Shown here in pieces: positions 1 to 9,825 of a stretch of 37,240 nt of DNA (positions are counted from its first letter, which is position 1; each line of letters begins with the position of its first letter). The notes under the pieces were generated by a model, which searched no databases, was not told where the DNA came from, and saw only the letters and a program-made list of their open reading frames with translations. The DNA lies in the IMG/VR virus record IMGVR_UViG_3300043442_000183, positions 1 through 37,240 of that record. The stretch is one strand, 5' to 3'. Origin of the DNA: a virus (lineage: Duplodnaviria > Caudoviricetes). Made by a program: the position numbers and the translations under genes.

Positions 1-489
1 CATTAGACAGCCGTAGTAAGTATTACCATTCTGCGCCCATTGAATGGAGCGTAGGAACTGTTGCGGTCTAAGGTTAGAGTTGAGGTTAGCAGTGGTGTAG
101 TGCGTAGCATCGGTATCTAGAATCAGTGATACCTGACCCTTGGTCCAGACATCTAGACCTTTGGATTCTGTGTATTGGAATCGCAATGACTCATCTTGAG
201 CAGGCTCAAAGTATTTGATTCCTTGACCTAGATGGAAAGACGACTGAGATCTAAACCACCAGCCAGTCAGCGATTGCTCGCCTGCTTCTCTGGTCTGGTC
301 ATACTGTTGCTTACGATACTGCGCCGTGACACGGCGATAAGGTGAATCATCACTAGCAGCCAAAAAGAATGGCAGCCCGTTGATGGCTATATCGTAGGAA
401 ACTCCTGTGGCTTGATAGTTAGTTGAGCCAGCGGGATTTGAAAGTACGTAGGGAATGCCCTCCGTGATGTCGTCACCATAAGGTGCCAA
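1..489 (-). CDS. Tail tubular/nozzle-type virion protein, N-terminal part (runs off the window start)
   Basis: Read by hand: TTG start at 489 behind AAGGAG, open to base 1 (MAPYGDDITEG...EQSLTGWWFRSQSSFHLGQG...). Lies downstream of the tail fibre genes; function inferred from synteny. Confidence 0.65.
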   Translation of the reverse strand, partial: MAPYGDDITEGIPYVLSNPAGSTNYQATGVSYDIAINGLPFFLAASDDSPYRRVTAQYRKQQYDQTREAGEQSLTGWWFRSQSSFHLGQGIKYFEPAQDESLRFQYTESKGLDVWTKGQVSLILDTDATHYTTANLNSNLRPQQFLRSIQWAQNGNTYYGCLM

Positions 490-499
490 GGCTTACTCC

Positions 500-724
500 T
501 TACTTAGAAAGGGCTGCGATTTCTTCTGCGGTTAGACCGAGAGCAGCAAGTTTGGCTTCTGCTGAAGCTTTGGCTTCTGCTTTGGCTTGTTCCTCAGCCT
601 TACGTGCTGCTTCTGCTGCAGCGGCTGCTGCTTGATCTGCTTCAGCCTGTGCGATCTCTTCAGCAGTAAGTTCTACTTCTGTAGTAACTCCAGTGCTGCA
701 ATCAACAACGAGTTTGGTTGGCAT
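500..724 (-). CDS. Small Ala/Glu-rich tail fibre-associated protein (possible chaperone)
   Basis: 74 aa ORF with GAAAGG RBS; C-terminal KLAALGLTAEEIAAL is typical of small genes following fibre cassettes. Confidence 0.55.
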   Translation of the reverse strand: MPTKLVVDCSTGVTTEVELTAEEIAQAEADQAAAAAAEAARKAEEQAKAEAKASAEAKLAALGLTAEEIAALSK

Positions 725-736
725 TGTTTTCCTTTC

Positions 737-1249
737 TTATGAGTTTGAAATTCCGTATAAGGTGGCAGTTGAGTATTGCAGAAATGTGTAACCTGAGAAT
801 GGGTCTTGAAGTTTGATGGAAGTTATAGCAGCAGTGTTAGCCCAAGAATCTACATAAAACTGAGCCTGTGCGCTTGTCGCATTATTCTCTGTAACACTAT
901 CTAATAAAACAGATTTGTATTTTGATGATGTATAATTTGTAATGTAAATGCTCATATTGCCAAAAGTTGAAGCAGTTGCTGTGTTTCCTGTTATATCTGG
1001 TATTTGGTTATTAGCAGCACTGCCACTATTTACTCCAGAACCATAAGATTGTACCCATTTATTGGTCCAATTAGAAGTAGAGCTATTGAATTGCAAACCA
1101 AGAGTAGAATAATAAGCAGATGCACTTCCACGACCACTTACTAAAATACATAAATCTGTATAAGTTTGTGGAATAGAAGTAAATTCAATACTACTTGCTC
1201 CACCGCTTCCCACAGTTACAGTTGCTATTGCCGCATATGTATTTGCCAT
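737..1249 (-). CDS. Tail fibre/receptor-binding cassette protein, paralog 3
   Basis: 170 aa, Ser/Thr-rich; shares SIPxTYTDL...AITSI...LYGI with the two upstream ORFs. Confidence 0.6.
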   Translation of the reverse strand: MANTYAAIATVTVGSGGASSIEFTSIPQTYTDLCILVSGRGSASAYYSTLGLQFNSSTSNWTNKWVQSYGSGVNSGSAANNQIPDITGNTATASTFGNMSIYITNYTSSKYKSVLLDSVTENNATSAQAQFYVDSWANTAAITSIKLQDPFSGYTFLQYSTATLYGISNS

Positions 1250-1251
1250 AT

Positions 1252-1764
1252 TTACGCCGCCTTTATTCCGTATAGCGTCATATTTGAACCGACTCTGACA
1301 TTTCCACCGCTACAAAAAATAGAGATAGAAGTAATAGCAGATGTACTTCGCCAAGTTCCTACAGTCACATCATTTTCGCCGTTGGTATCTCCCCATTTTG
1401 TTAGAATGGTTTTATAGGTAGTAGTATTGGCATAGTTGTTTATTTGAATAATTCCAAAAGGCCAGTAGTCTCCACTTGTTGGAAGGCTTACTGCAACAGG
1501 ACCCCAATCAATAGATGTTTGACTTGTTCCTCTATTGCTAGAGGTTGATGCACCAGAACCATAAGAATAAAGCCTAGTCCAAGAGTAGTTGCTTCCAGTA
1601 TCTCCGTTGACTCTCAAAAATTCTGCACTTCCAACAGTATTTTGTAAATTAGCGATAAGTACTAAATCTGTATAGGTTGAAGGTATTGATGTAAGTTCTA
1701 TAACAGATGCGCTAGCACCTAAAGTAACCGTTGCTATTGGCTCGTAAGTTGCTCCTGCTGCCAT
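1252..1764 (-). CDS. Tail fibre/receptor-binding cassette protein, paralog 2
   Basis: 170 aa, SIPSTYTDL...AITSI...LYGIKAA. Confidence 0.6.
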   Translation of the reverse strand: MAAGATYEPIATVTLGASASVIELTSIPSTYTDLVLIANLQNTVGSAEFLRVNGDTGSNYSWTRLYSYGSGASTSSNRGTSQTSIDWGPVAVSLPTSGDYWPFGIIQINNYANTTTYKTILTKWGDTNGENDVTVGTWRSTSAITSISIFCSGGNVRVGSNMTLYGIKAA

Positions 1765-1811
1765 TATGCTGCCGCCTTTCTAAAATTGTATGTCATTGTC
1801 ATCTCTTTCAT

Positions 1812-2372
1812 CTAGGCGCTTTTTATTCCGTATAGGGCGAAGTGGGAGTTAGACTCAACTGTGCCAGAAACTGGTGTCAAGGTAATAGAGGTTATTGCGT
1901 CATATACACTTGAAGTATTTTTATACCAAGCCCCAGAACGAAACAATACTTTACCTGAGCCATTTGCATCAAAACCTGACAATGTTCTAATTGTTTTTGC
2001 TTTATTTGTTGATGTATAATCTAGAATATCAATAACACCTGCACCAAAATTACTAGTGGCATTTGTAAATTGAGCAGAAACAATGCTAGATGCCGACGAA
2101 CCACCGCTTGCTCCAGCACTTGAACCATCACCATATAGTTGATGCCAAGAATAATTAGTCGCTGTATCTGAATTGAATGTAAGGCTAAAGTAACTATCAG
2201 ATGATGACCCTCTTGCAATCAACCTTATTTGTAAATGTGAATAAGTTGATGGAATTGAAGTGAAAGAAACACTTGATAAAGAACTACTAACAGTTACGGT
2301 AGAAATAGACTCAAAAGATGTTGATGCTGATTGATTAGCAGATGCAAAAATACCAAGAGATATAGGTGTCAC
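1812..2372 (-). CDS. Tail fibre/receptor-binding cassette protein, paralog 1
   Basis: Likely GTG start at 2372 overlapping the upstream stop (the track extends to 2438); SIPSTYSHL...AITSI...LYGIKSA. Confidence 0.6.
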   Translation of the reverse strand: MTPISLGIFASANQSASTSFESISTVTVSSSLSSVSFTSIPSTYSHLQIRLIARGSSSDSYFSLTFNSDTATNYSWHQLYGDGSSAGASGGSSASSIVSAQFTNATSNFGAGVIDILDYTSTNKAKTIRTLSGFDANGSGKVLFRSGAWYKNTSSVYDAITSITLTPVSGTVESNSHFALYGIKSA

Positions 2373-2722
2373 GCTGAGGTATCTCCAATCACTACCCAAG
2401 TATCGGTAGCGCGTTTGACAAGTGATGCTGCAGCCCACTGCGCTCGCAGTTTCAACCCTGGAGTTCCATTGACTGTTACGCCACCAGCACCAGCAACGGT
2501 AACCTGACCTGCACCTGTCTGAAGGATATTGACCTGAGATCCAACAGGAAATGCGGTAGTTGCATTAGTTGGGATAGTCAAGGTAATTGCCGAAGCATTG
2601 TTGAGTTCAACCAGAGTATTGTTCGCATCTGTTAGTACAACGGTATATGTAGTTCCAGTCTGAGCATTAGTTGTATATGCTGTTGATGGGCTTACTGAGC
2701 CACCAATAATTGCTACGCTCAT
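2369..2722 (-). CDS. Tail fibre adaptor-like protein (NAQTGTTY domain)
   Basis: 117 aa, nearly all homologous to the C-terminal ~95 aa of 3042..3872. Confidence 0.6.
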   Translation of the reverse strand: MSVAIIGGSVSPSTAYTTNAQTGTTYTVVLTDANNTLVELNNASAITLTIPTNATTAFPVGSQVNILQTGAGQVTVAGAGGVTVNGTPGLKLRAQWAAASLVKRATDTWVVIGDTSA

Positions 2723-3042
2723 TAGTTACCTTCCGATCCAAATGCTGAGAATGAAGTATTCCCAGTCGTTGAATAAACTGTTATCACATCTGTATTGGCA
2801 AGGGTAATTCCACCTTGGATGCTAAATACAGCACCTGCTGCTAGCGGTACTCCATAGGCAATGTAGTGCTGATTAGCCAAGGTTGCACCTGCTGGACGTA
2901 CAGCAATACGGATAGTGTCTTGAGTACCACCGATATTTGACGCATTGAGCGTAGAAACAATCGTGGCATTGGTTGCTGTATACAGTGTTGTTGCAGTAGC
3001 AGCGGTAGGCGCTGACTGCGCTAAGACTTTATATGTAGGCAT
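2722..3042 (-). CDS. Small virion structural protein
   Basis: 106 aa, beta-rich (YKVLAQSAP...SFSAFGSE), coupled to both neighbours by TAATG overlaps. Confidence 0.55.
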   Translation of the reverse strand: MPTYKVLAQSAPTAATATTLYTATNATIVSTLNASNIGGTQDTIRIAVRPAGATLANQHYIAYGVPLAAGAVFSIQGGITLANTDVITVYSTTGNTSFSAFGSEGN

Positions 3043-3872
3043 TAGGCTAGATCTCCAATCAAGGTCCAGGTATCTGTATCAGTCTTGACAAGGCTTGCTG
3101 CAGACCATTGAGCGCGGGTCTTGGTTCCAGTTCCGTTGATGGTTACACCACCTGCTCCAGCCACTGTTACTTGCCCTGCTCCGATTTGCTGGATGTTGAT
3201 TACTGCGCCAGTGGCGAATGCAACAGAAGCATTGGTAGGCACAGTCAGTGTTATGGCAGAAGCATTACTCAAAGTAACAAGGCGACCATTATCCGTCAGC
3301 GCCAAGGTATATGTGGTACCAGTCTGGGCATTGAGAGTTAGATTTTGTCTAGCATCATTGATGGTAGGTGTGTTCAGGGTTGGGCTAGTCAACGTCTTGT
3401 TAGTCAACGTATCTGTTGTGGCTTTACCTACCAAGGTATCTGTTGCTGCAGGCAACGTTAGTGTGGTTGTTCCTGCTACTGCTGTTGCTTGGACTGTGGT
3501 TGAACCAGAGGTAGAACCAGCAAATCCTACGTTTGTTACAGGCGATATTGATGCTTTGAAAGCATTGAGATCATCGCTAGTAAGTACGTGCTTGACTGTT
3601 GCACCTGCTGAGTGTTGCACACCAGAGGTTCCAGCTCTAGCTCTAGTGATTGTGAATGTATCACTTGATGATGCTGTGATAAATACGATTTCTTCAGATG
3701 TGGTATCTGGGTCAAGAGCAACAGTGAACTGGTCTACGTTACCTGCTGCGAGTGTGACTCCACCAAGTAAGGCAGAGCCAGTTCCTGCTGCCACAGTCAT
3801 TGTGGTGGCGCTAGACGATATTGTTGAGGCAAGCGTCGTCTCAACGCTAATCGACGAGTATTGTCTGGTCAC
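3042..3872 (-). CDS. Tail fibre proximal protein
   Basis: 276 aa, Thr/Ala-rich, TLTNKTLTSP fibre repeat, EEIV...TRAR.GT...H..GATVKH motif. Confidence 0.7.
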   Translation of the reverse strand: MTRQYSSISVETTLASTISSSATTMTVAAGTGSALLGGVTLAAGNVDQFTVALDPDTTSEEIVFITASSSDTFTITRARAGTSGVQHSAGATVKHVLTSDDLNAFKASISPVTNVGFAGSTSGSTTVQATAVAGTTTLTLPAATDTLVGKATTDTLTNKTLTSPTLNTPTINDARQNLTLNAQTGTTYTLALTDNGRLVTLSNASAITLTVPTNASVAFATGAVINIQQIGAGQVTVAGAGGVTINGTGTKTRAQWSAASLVKTDTDTWTLIGDLA

Positions 3873-3881
3873 GGGCCTTCC

Positions 3882-4796
3882 TTACTTTGTGTAGTGGATT
3901 CTGATGGGATACTTGTCTTGCAGTTTCAACGCTTCCTCCTGTAGTCGCTGTTGATACAATGCAAAGACATAACGAGAAGCAGATGCACCAGAGTTGTATG
4001 GGTTCTTGGTGTCATTGAGATCAGCCTCAGCACTGGATAGATTTATACGTCCAGCGTCAAGGAAACTGAGAAGTTTGTAGCAAGCGCCAAGGATAGTAAC
4101 GTCAGCAGTGCTGCCAGGAAGACCAGAAACATCTTCATAATCGTCGGTGCCAGCATCAAGGGTATTGGGCGTTGTTGTATACCATACTTGAACTGTACGT
4201 CCAGGTTGAATGTTTTCATAAATGTTGATGGTGTTGTTAGTGTTGAAGGTAGCGGCATTTGCCATTGGGTCTGCTCTCCAGCGATTGACTGGGAGCCATT
4301 CTTCAGATGAACCAGTTGTCTGCCACGAGACAAACAGGATTGCTTCTAGGTCATCTGGTAGAGCATATGTTGTCTGTGATGCGTTGAAAGTAAAGGTAGT
4401 TGAACTTACTGCCCAGAGCTTAGGATAGTAAGAGTTGATAGTGTCGTTGATAGCCTTCTTGATAGATACTCTAGGGAAGGTAGGAGCTAGAGTTACTTGG
4501 GCATAACGTGCGTGAGGTGATGCTGTTGTTCCTTGGAAACCGCGACCAATCGGGTTTGCAGGAGCACCCATTACATTTAGGGTGTTAGTGGTCTTGTTGA
4601 AAGAATCAATCCAGATGAGTTCGTCATCAATCTCAATCAAACCTTTAGCAAGGTTATCTGAAGAACCAACTTGGATTTCTAAACTGGTAGTTGTCAGACC
4701 AGCAGTGTTATTTACATAAGTGATGCGATCTTGACGGAGCGAATAACCTTGTAGGTTAGTTCTCACCTCGTCGATCATCTCGGACAGTGTTGGCAT
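3882..4796 (-). CDS. Head-tail adaptor / tail tubular protein A-like
   Basis: Start MPTLSEMIDEVR at 4796 behind GGAAGGA; YALPDD motif and helical C-terminus typical of adaptors; synteny. Confidence 0.6.
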   Translation of the reverse strand: MPTLSEMIDEVRTNLQGYSLRQDRITYVNNTAGLTTTSLEIQVGSSDNLAKGLIEIDDELIWIDSFNKTTNTLNVMGAPANPIGRGFQGTTASPHARYAQVTLAPTFPRVSIKKAINDTINSYYPKLWAVSSTTFTFNASQTTYALPDDLEAILFVSWQTTGSSEEWLPVNRWRADPMANAATFNTNNTINIYENIQPGRTVQVWYTTTPNTLDAGTDDYEDVSGLPGSTADVTILGACYKLLSFLDAGRINLSSAEADLNDTKNPYNSGASASRYVFALYQQRLQEEALKLQDKYPIRIHYTK

Positions 4797-5856
4797 TGTT
4801 TCCTTCCGTATACCAGCCATCTCCCCACAGAGTCTCTAGTCTGTGGAAGTATTGTTCGTATTGCTTTGCAATAACATCTACGGAGTAGAGCGATACTGCT
4901 CTATCCCTGATTGCTTTGCGGTCTAAGTTCTTGACGTTCTGTGTTGCCAAGATAAATTCTTCTACGTTGCGGCATCTATACCCTGTCACACCTTGTACGA
5001 CAGTTTCTGTAAATGCTCCCCAGTCTGTAGTAATAACTGGGGTTCCACAGGCTTGTGACTCGATGTTCACATTGCCAAATGGTTCTAGGTATAGCGTTGG
5101 TACGAATGTAGCGATTGCTCCACCCATCAACTCTGCACGTTTCTCAGGTCCTACTGGACCGATATATTCACCATAGTTTGGTATATGTTCACCAGGGCCT
5201 GCAAGGATTAGTCTTGCACCGATGGTCTTGCAGATATGCGCTGCAATATCTACACCTTTGCGAGCAATCATTCTGCCCACATAAAGGTAGTAATCTCCAT
5301 CGCCTTTGCCTAGCGGAAACATCTCAGGATCTAAGTAGCCTGGAATCACCGCATCAAAGAATGAACCATCTGCTGTTGCTGCATCTCTATGTTGAGCGTA
5401 GATGCTGTGCATCCAAGCGTATGATTCAAATACTCGGTAGTTAGAAAATACTCCAGAGTATCCGACACCAAACTCTACGACCATCATTCCTGGCAGAGCC
5501 AGTGCTATCGGTTGATGTGAGCCACCACCGATAACGCATACAAAGTCTTTCTGTTCTGCACGCTTGCGTATCTCATCTGCAGCCTTCTTGTTGAACTTCT
5601 GCCAGTGAGGTAACTTGTAATCAAACGGTGCTTCTACATATGGTTTCTTGCCTACGACAATACGTCGTTGTGTTTCTGTGATACAAGGGATAAGTTCATC
5701 TACATCAGCCTCATTCTCTTCACCTGCGTAGAGATAGACTGTGTGGCCTAAGCCCTTCATCATATTGCAGAACCTGCGTACCTTTTCAGTGTACGCACAT
5801 CCTGCGTAATCTTTAGTTGTCTGGGTATGTGGTAGTGATACAACGTGAAATCTCAT
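4756..5856 (-). CDS. Glycosyltransferase, GT-B fold (GT4-like)
   Basis: YVGR...KG and EPFGNVNIESQACGTPVITTDWGAFTETV (EX7E motif). Confidence 0.92.
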   Translation of the reverse strand: MRFHVVSLPHTQTTKDYAGCAYTEKVRRFCNMMKGLGHTVYLYAGEENEADVDELIPCITETQRRIVVGKKPYVEAPFDYKLPHWQKFNKKAADEIRKRAEQKDFVCVIGGGSHQPIALALPGMMVVEFGVGYSGVFSNYRVFESYAWMHSIYAQHRDAATADGSFFDAVIPGYLDPEMFPLGKGDGDYYLYVGRMIARKGVDIAAHICKTIGARLILAGPGEHIPNYGEYIGPVGPEKRAELMGGAIATFVPTLYLEPFGNVNIESQACGTPVITTDWGAFTETVVQGVTGYRCRNVEEFILATQNVKNLDRKAIRDRAVSLYSVDVIAKQYEQYFHRLETLWGDGWYTEGNNANTVRDDRRGEN

Positions 5857-5866
5857 AGAGAGATTA

Positions 5867-6690
<824 letters not shown>

Positions 6691-6694
<4 letters not shown>

Positions 6695-7044
6695 GTAGTC
6701 ACAGCTCCTGTCACGATGAACTTACCTTCAAGTATTCTTGTTATGGTAGTTCCTGAATCTAAAACTAAATCGTAGGCATATCGACCAGCATCAATATCGC
6801 CTGTGATGGTAGATGACAGGGTTACTGTTACTCGACCATTGATTGCATCAAAGACCATACGACCATTGGCAGTAGATGCAACGACAGTTGTCGTAGATGC
6901 GCCAACGAATGGGCGTACTGTCATTGTGCCTGTGTAACCAGTTAGGTTCCAAGGAGTGGCTGTACCACTAACATTGTTCTGTACTTGGAACTGGAAAGTG
7001 AATGTGGTTGCCTGATCGCAGACCAGATTGTATTTAGCACTCAA
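6691..7044 (-). CDS. Virion structural protein (Ig-like, BppU N-terminal-like)
   Basis: [11 protein letters not shown]...WNLTGYT..MTVR...YDLVL...RILEGKF.V pattern seen in small virion proteins preceding fibres. Confidence 0.6.
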
Positions 7045-7328
7045 GATGAGATTCCTCTGAGAGCCTGCGCTGCAGCCAGCCCAGAAGTAGAAGCGAGGTA
7101 ATTACATACACCATTGAAATCAAGCCACTTACTTTTATCAGTAATGCCAGCAATTTGATTGAGCACCCCCACTGTATCTGTAACTGTAGTGGTCACTGTA
7201 CGAGCCGTTGCCCATTGCTTGGCAGCAAGAGCCATATCAACCATATTGCCCATTGAGCGATAGGTTCCGCCATTTGCTAGGCGATTCAACTCATCATTGA
7301 GAGTTGTACCATAAACTCCGAGTGCCAC
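7041..7328 (-). CDS. Hypothetical virion-module protein
   Basis: 95 aa, AAGGAG RBS, coupled to the next gene. Confidence 0.6.
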   Translation of the reverse strand: MALGVYGTTLNDELNRLANGGTYRSMGNMVDMALAAKQWATARTVTTTVTDTVGVLNQIAGITDKSKWLDFNGVCNYLASTSGLAAAQALRGISS

Positions 7329-7338
7329 TATCTACTCC

Positions 7339-7500
7339 TTACTTCTTCTTTTTTGCTACTGCTGCGTTATCTACCAAGTTTGGATATGGACGACCAGCAG
7401 CCTTAGCACGCTTTTTAGCGGCAGTCTTCTGCGCTGGTGTCAGTTTCTTAGATGTCTTCTTAGGATTCTTTGTATCCCAAAACGCTTTCTTCTTCACCAT
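7339..7500 (-). CDS. Small Lys-rich basic protein (53 aa)
   Basis: Read by hand: MVKKKAFWDTKNPKK...AGRPYPNLVDNAAVAKKKK; below the track cutoff. Confidence 0.7.
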   Translation of the reverse strand: MVKKKAFWDTKNPKKTSKKLTPAQKTAAKKRAKAAGRPYPNLVDNAAVAKKKK

Positions 7501-7775
7501 TTCACCTTATCTGCCCAATATGCGGCGCTCATCTTGCCTTTAGCAATGTTCTTTGCGTGACGTGCCTTGAATGATTTTTGTCTAGCAGTAGGTTGTCTAT
7601 CGCCTGTTACGCCTTGTTGTCCGAATCGGATGGTCTTGACTTGACTTCCTTCTTTTGCGACAACGACGTGACTCTTAGTTGGGTGAGAAGGCGTACGCTT
7701 GGGTTTGTTGAAGCCCGCAACGCCAGCACGTGCAAGACGCGGATCACGCTTTGTTTTTCTTTCCATACTCTCCAT
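7494..7775 (-). CDS. Small basic conserved phage protein
   Basis: KTIRFGQQG...RQKSFKARH...SAAYWADKVKW motif common in aquatic phages. Confidence 0.7.
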   Translation of the reverse strand: MESMERKTKRDPRLARAGVAGFNKPKRTPSHPTKSHVVVAKEGSQVKTIRFGQQGVTGDRQPTARQKSFKARHAKNIAKGKMSAAYWADKVKW

Positions 7776-7887
7776 ACTTTCCTAGCACTGCTCTTACTGT
7801 GCCGTTCTTGTTGAGTCTGACAACCATCCCGTTTCTGATAATGACAGAGTTGAACTTCTCACGTCGGCGGAATTGACCCGACGACAT
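7744..7887 (-). CDS. Small basic hypothetical protein (47 aa)
   Basis: Read by hand: MSSGQFRRREKFNSVIIRNGMVVRLNKNG...; TAATG coupling to the upstream gene. Confidence 0.6.
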   Translation of the reverse strand: MSSGQFRRREKFNSVIIRNGMVVRLNKNGTVRAVLGKYGEYGKKNKA

Positions 7888-8060
7888 TACTTCTTCTTTG
7901 CCTTCTTCTTAGCCTTGGACATTCCTGCTTCAGATAAAGCAATGGCAATGGCCTGCTTCTTGGATTTGACTACAGGTCCCTTCTTGCCTGAGTGAAGGGT
8001 TCCACCCTTGAACTCACGCATTACTTTGGCGACCTTCTTGGCTCCCTTAGCCTTCTTCAT
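7887..8060 (-). CDS. DUF6496-like basic protein (57 aa)
   Basis: Read by hand: KKVAKVMREFKGGTLHSGKKGPVVKSKKQAIAIALSEAG. Confidence 0.75.
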   Translation of the reverse strand: MKKAKGAKKVAKVMREFKGGTLHSGKKGPVVKSKKQAIAIALSEAGMSKAKKKAKKK

Positions 8061-8188
8061 TTAGCAGACTTTCCTGGAGCGCCAGATTGTAACTTCTCAT
8101 AAGTCATAAATGGCTTGTCATTGGTATCTGATGGGTAAGGCATAAAGTCTTCAGACTCTTCGTATTGTTTTGGATCATTGGCTGGCAT
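8057..8188 (-). CDS. Small hypothetical protein (43 aa)
   Basis: Read by hand: MPANDPKQYEESEDFMPYP...; AAGGAG RBS and ATGA overlap. Confidence 0.6.
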   Translation of the reverse strand: MPANDPKQYEESEDFMPYPSDTNDKPFMTYEKLQSGAPGKSAK

Positions 8189-8191
8189 TTA

Positions 8192-8479
8192 TTACTCCTT
8201 GTATGCAAGTTTGATTCCGTCAAAGGCTTTACCAGCCTCATTGGAAAGTTTTACTGCGGCATCTATATCTGGTTGTCTGGTACTGCGTGGTTCAATTCCC
8301 TGACGCACTGCATCGTAATAGGAATCGACTTCTTTATCCCACTTTTTTTCTTTATCTTTATCCCAATGTTGCCTGGTGGGGAAGCACCCTGCAAAGCCAA
8401 AGTTTGCTGATTGCAAACAATCGGAATAAGAATCGTGGTCTTGGGTTTTACACCCTGATCTGCAATTAGGATTTGTCAT
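8192..8479 (-). CDS. Hypothetical protein (Cys/His N-terminus)
   Basis: 95 aa, CRSGCKTQDH..Y.DC and Y..A..QGIEP motifs. Confidence 0.7.
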   Translation of the reverse strand: MTNPNCRSGCKTQDHDSYSDCLQSANFGFAGCFPTRQHWDKDKEKKWDKEVDSYYDAVRQGIEPRSTRQPDIDAAVKLSNEAGKAFDGIKLAYKE

Positions 8480-8799
8480 AGTTGTGTAAGGTACTCCGAG
8501 TATCCTGCGTCAATAAATATCTGCGCTTCAGCATCACTAATTGTATTAGTAGTTCCGCCAAGATAATATGAATCAGCAGCAGCTAGTGTGTCTTGGCTTG
8601 GTGTTTGCTCTGTGGTTACAGTAGTCCCATTGACTATAAATGTATAGGCGCGAGGAATATCTGTAAGAAATGGATTTGTAGTTCCTGTTATTGAACCACC
8701 AGTAATTGGCCTACCAGCAAGGCGAGCATATGGAGTAAACTGAGTGTAATCAGCGCCCCAAGTTTCCCAACGCCAAGGTGTTGTCAATGTGTATGGCAT
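8476..8799 (-). CDS. Hypothetical head-associated protein
   Basis: Start MPYTL at 8799 behind GAAAGG; directly follows the capsid gene. Confidence 0.6.
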   Translation of the reverse strand: MPYTLTTPWRWETWGADYTQFTPYARLAGRPITGGSITGTTNPFLTDIPRAYTFIVNGTTVTTEQTPSQDTLAAADSYYLGGTTNTISDAEAQIFIDAGYSEYLTQL

Positions 8800-8867
8800 C
8801 ATAACCTTTCTAACGGACTCACCACCAGACAGGATTTCTAGGCCCTGTCTGATAGTCAATCAATTAT

Positions 8868-9797
8868 TTAGTTGATTGTTGTAGCGGTTTCAATGCGGAA
8901 TAGAGCCGCCTCACGGAGACGGTTCCAACCTGCAAAGGTATACCAGCCGATGGTGCGGAAACGGCGCAGAGCGTCAATTTCTGGACCAATAACGACTGAT
9001 GTATCTTGAACAAGTGCTTCTGCAAGCGCTTCACGACCAGCAACAACTGCCTTGTAAACAACAACAGATGATGCGTTGGTCTCAGATGGAACGCGAGGTG
9101 TCTCAACAATGTAAGCACCTTCCAACGCTCCGACTGCACCAGCAACGAACGGAGTACGCTCAACGTACTTGGTTAGCTCCTGGAATCCACCAGTGCCTGA
9201 TTCGGCACGGAGGTCAGCAGATTGACGTGGGTGAACGTATGCAGCATAGAGCTCGCCAATACGAGGAATAGCCTTGTTGCTACGTAGTTGAACAACAGCC
9301 TTACGGATAAGAGCAGTTGTCATTGTTCCAGATGCTGTAACGGATGCAGTACCAGTTGCGGTTCCGCCGTATAGAGCATTGGATCCACCAGTTAGAACAG
9401 ATGATACAACGGTGTCAATAGAATCAGCAGCGTTGTAAGCAATGATGTCAGCAAGAGCTGCATCAACATCGTTGAATGAAGTTAGGTTCAACTTCTTGGT
9501 GGTTGTTACGGCTGAGCCGTACTCGTTTAGTGTTACAGTAACCTGTGATGGGTTACCAAGAGCAATGGAGGAAACATCAGAAGTTTCTGTCAATGTACCA
9601 GTCGCTGTTGCGAGATCTGAGTAAATGGAGAATACAACTGACGAACCTGGCATTGCCTGCTGTACTGGCTTGACATCAGCCAACGCACGCATCACTGGGA
9701 TGGAGCGAAGCGCCATACGAACGTATTGATCGTACGCTGTTTGGACGAGGTTGCTGATTGTCGAAGACGAAGTAAGCGTACCTGTAGGAATTGCCAC
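8868..9797 (-). CDS. Major capsid protein (HK97 fold, N4-gp56-like family)
   Basis: 309 aa, GTG start with GAAAGG RBS; VTLNEYG, AYVHP, D.LRRF.TIGWY motifs; follows the scaffold gene. Confidence 0.9.
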   Translation of the reverse strand: MAIPTGTLTSSSTISNLVQTAYDQYVRMALRSIPVMRALADVKPVQQAMPGSSVVFSIYSDLATATGTLTETSDVSSIALGNPSQVTVTLNEYGSAVTTTKKLNLTSFNDVDAALADIIAYNAADSIDTVVSSVLTGGSNALYGGTATGTASVTASGTMTTALIRKAVVQLRSNKAIPRIGELYAAYVHPRQSADLRAESGTGGFQELTKYVERTPFVAGAVGALEGAYIVETPRVPSETNASSVVVYKAVVAGREALAEALVQDTSVVIGPEIDALRRFRTIGWYTFAGWNRLREAALFRIETATTIN

Positions 9798-9825
9798 TTA
9801 TCTTGCCTTTCGGATAGGTTCGGTT

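Noticed and set aside
737-3872. Diversity-generating retroelement acting on the fibre genes
   Set aside because: No reverse transcriptase and no adenine-specific template/variable repeat pair.
3121-3894. 257 aa plus-strand ORF
   Set aside because: Antisense mirror of the Thr/Ala-rich fibre gene.
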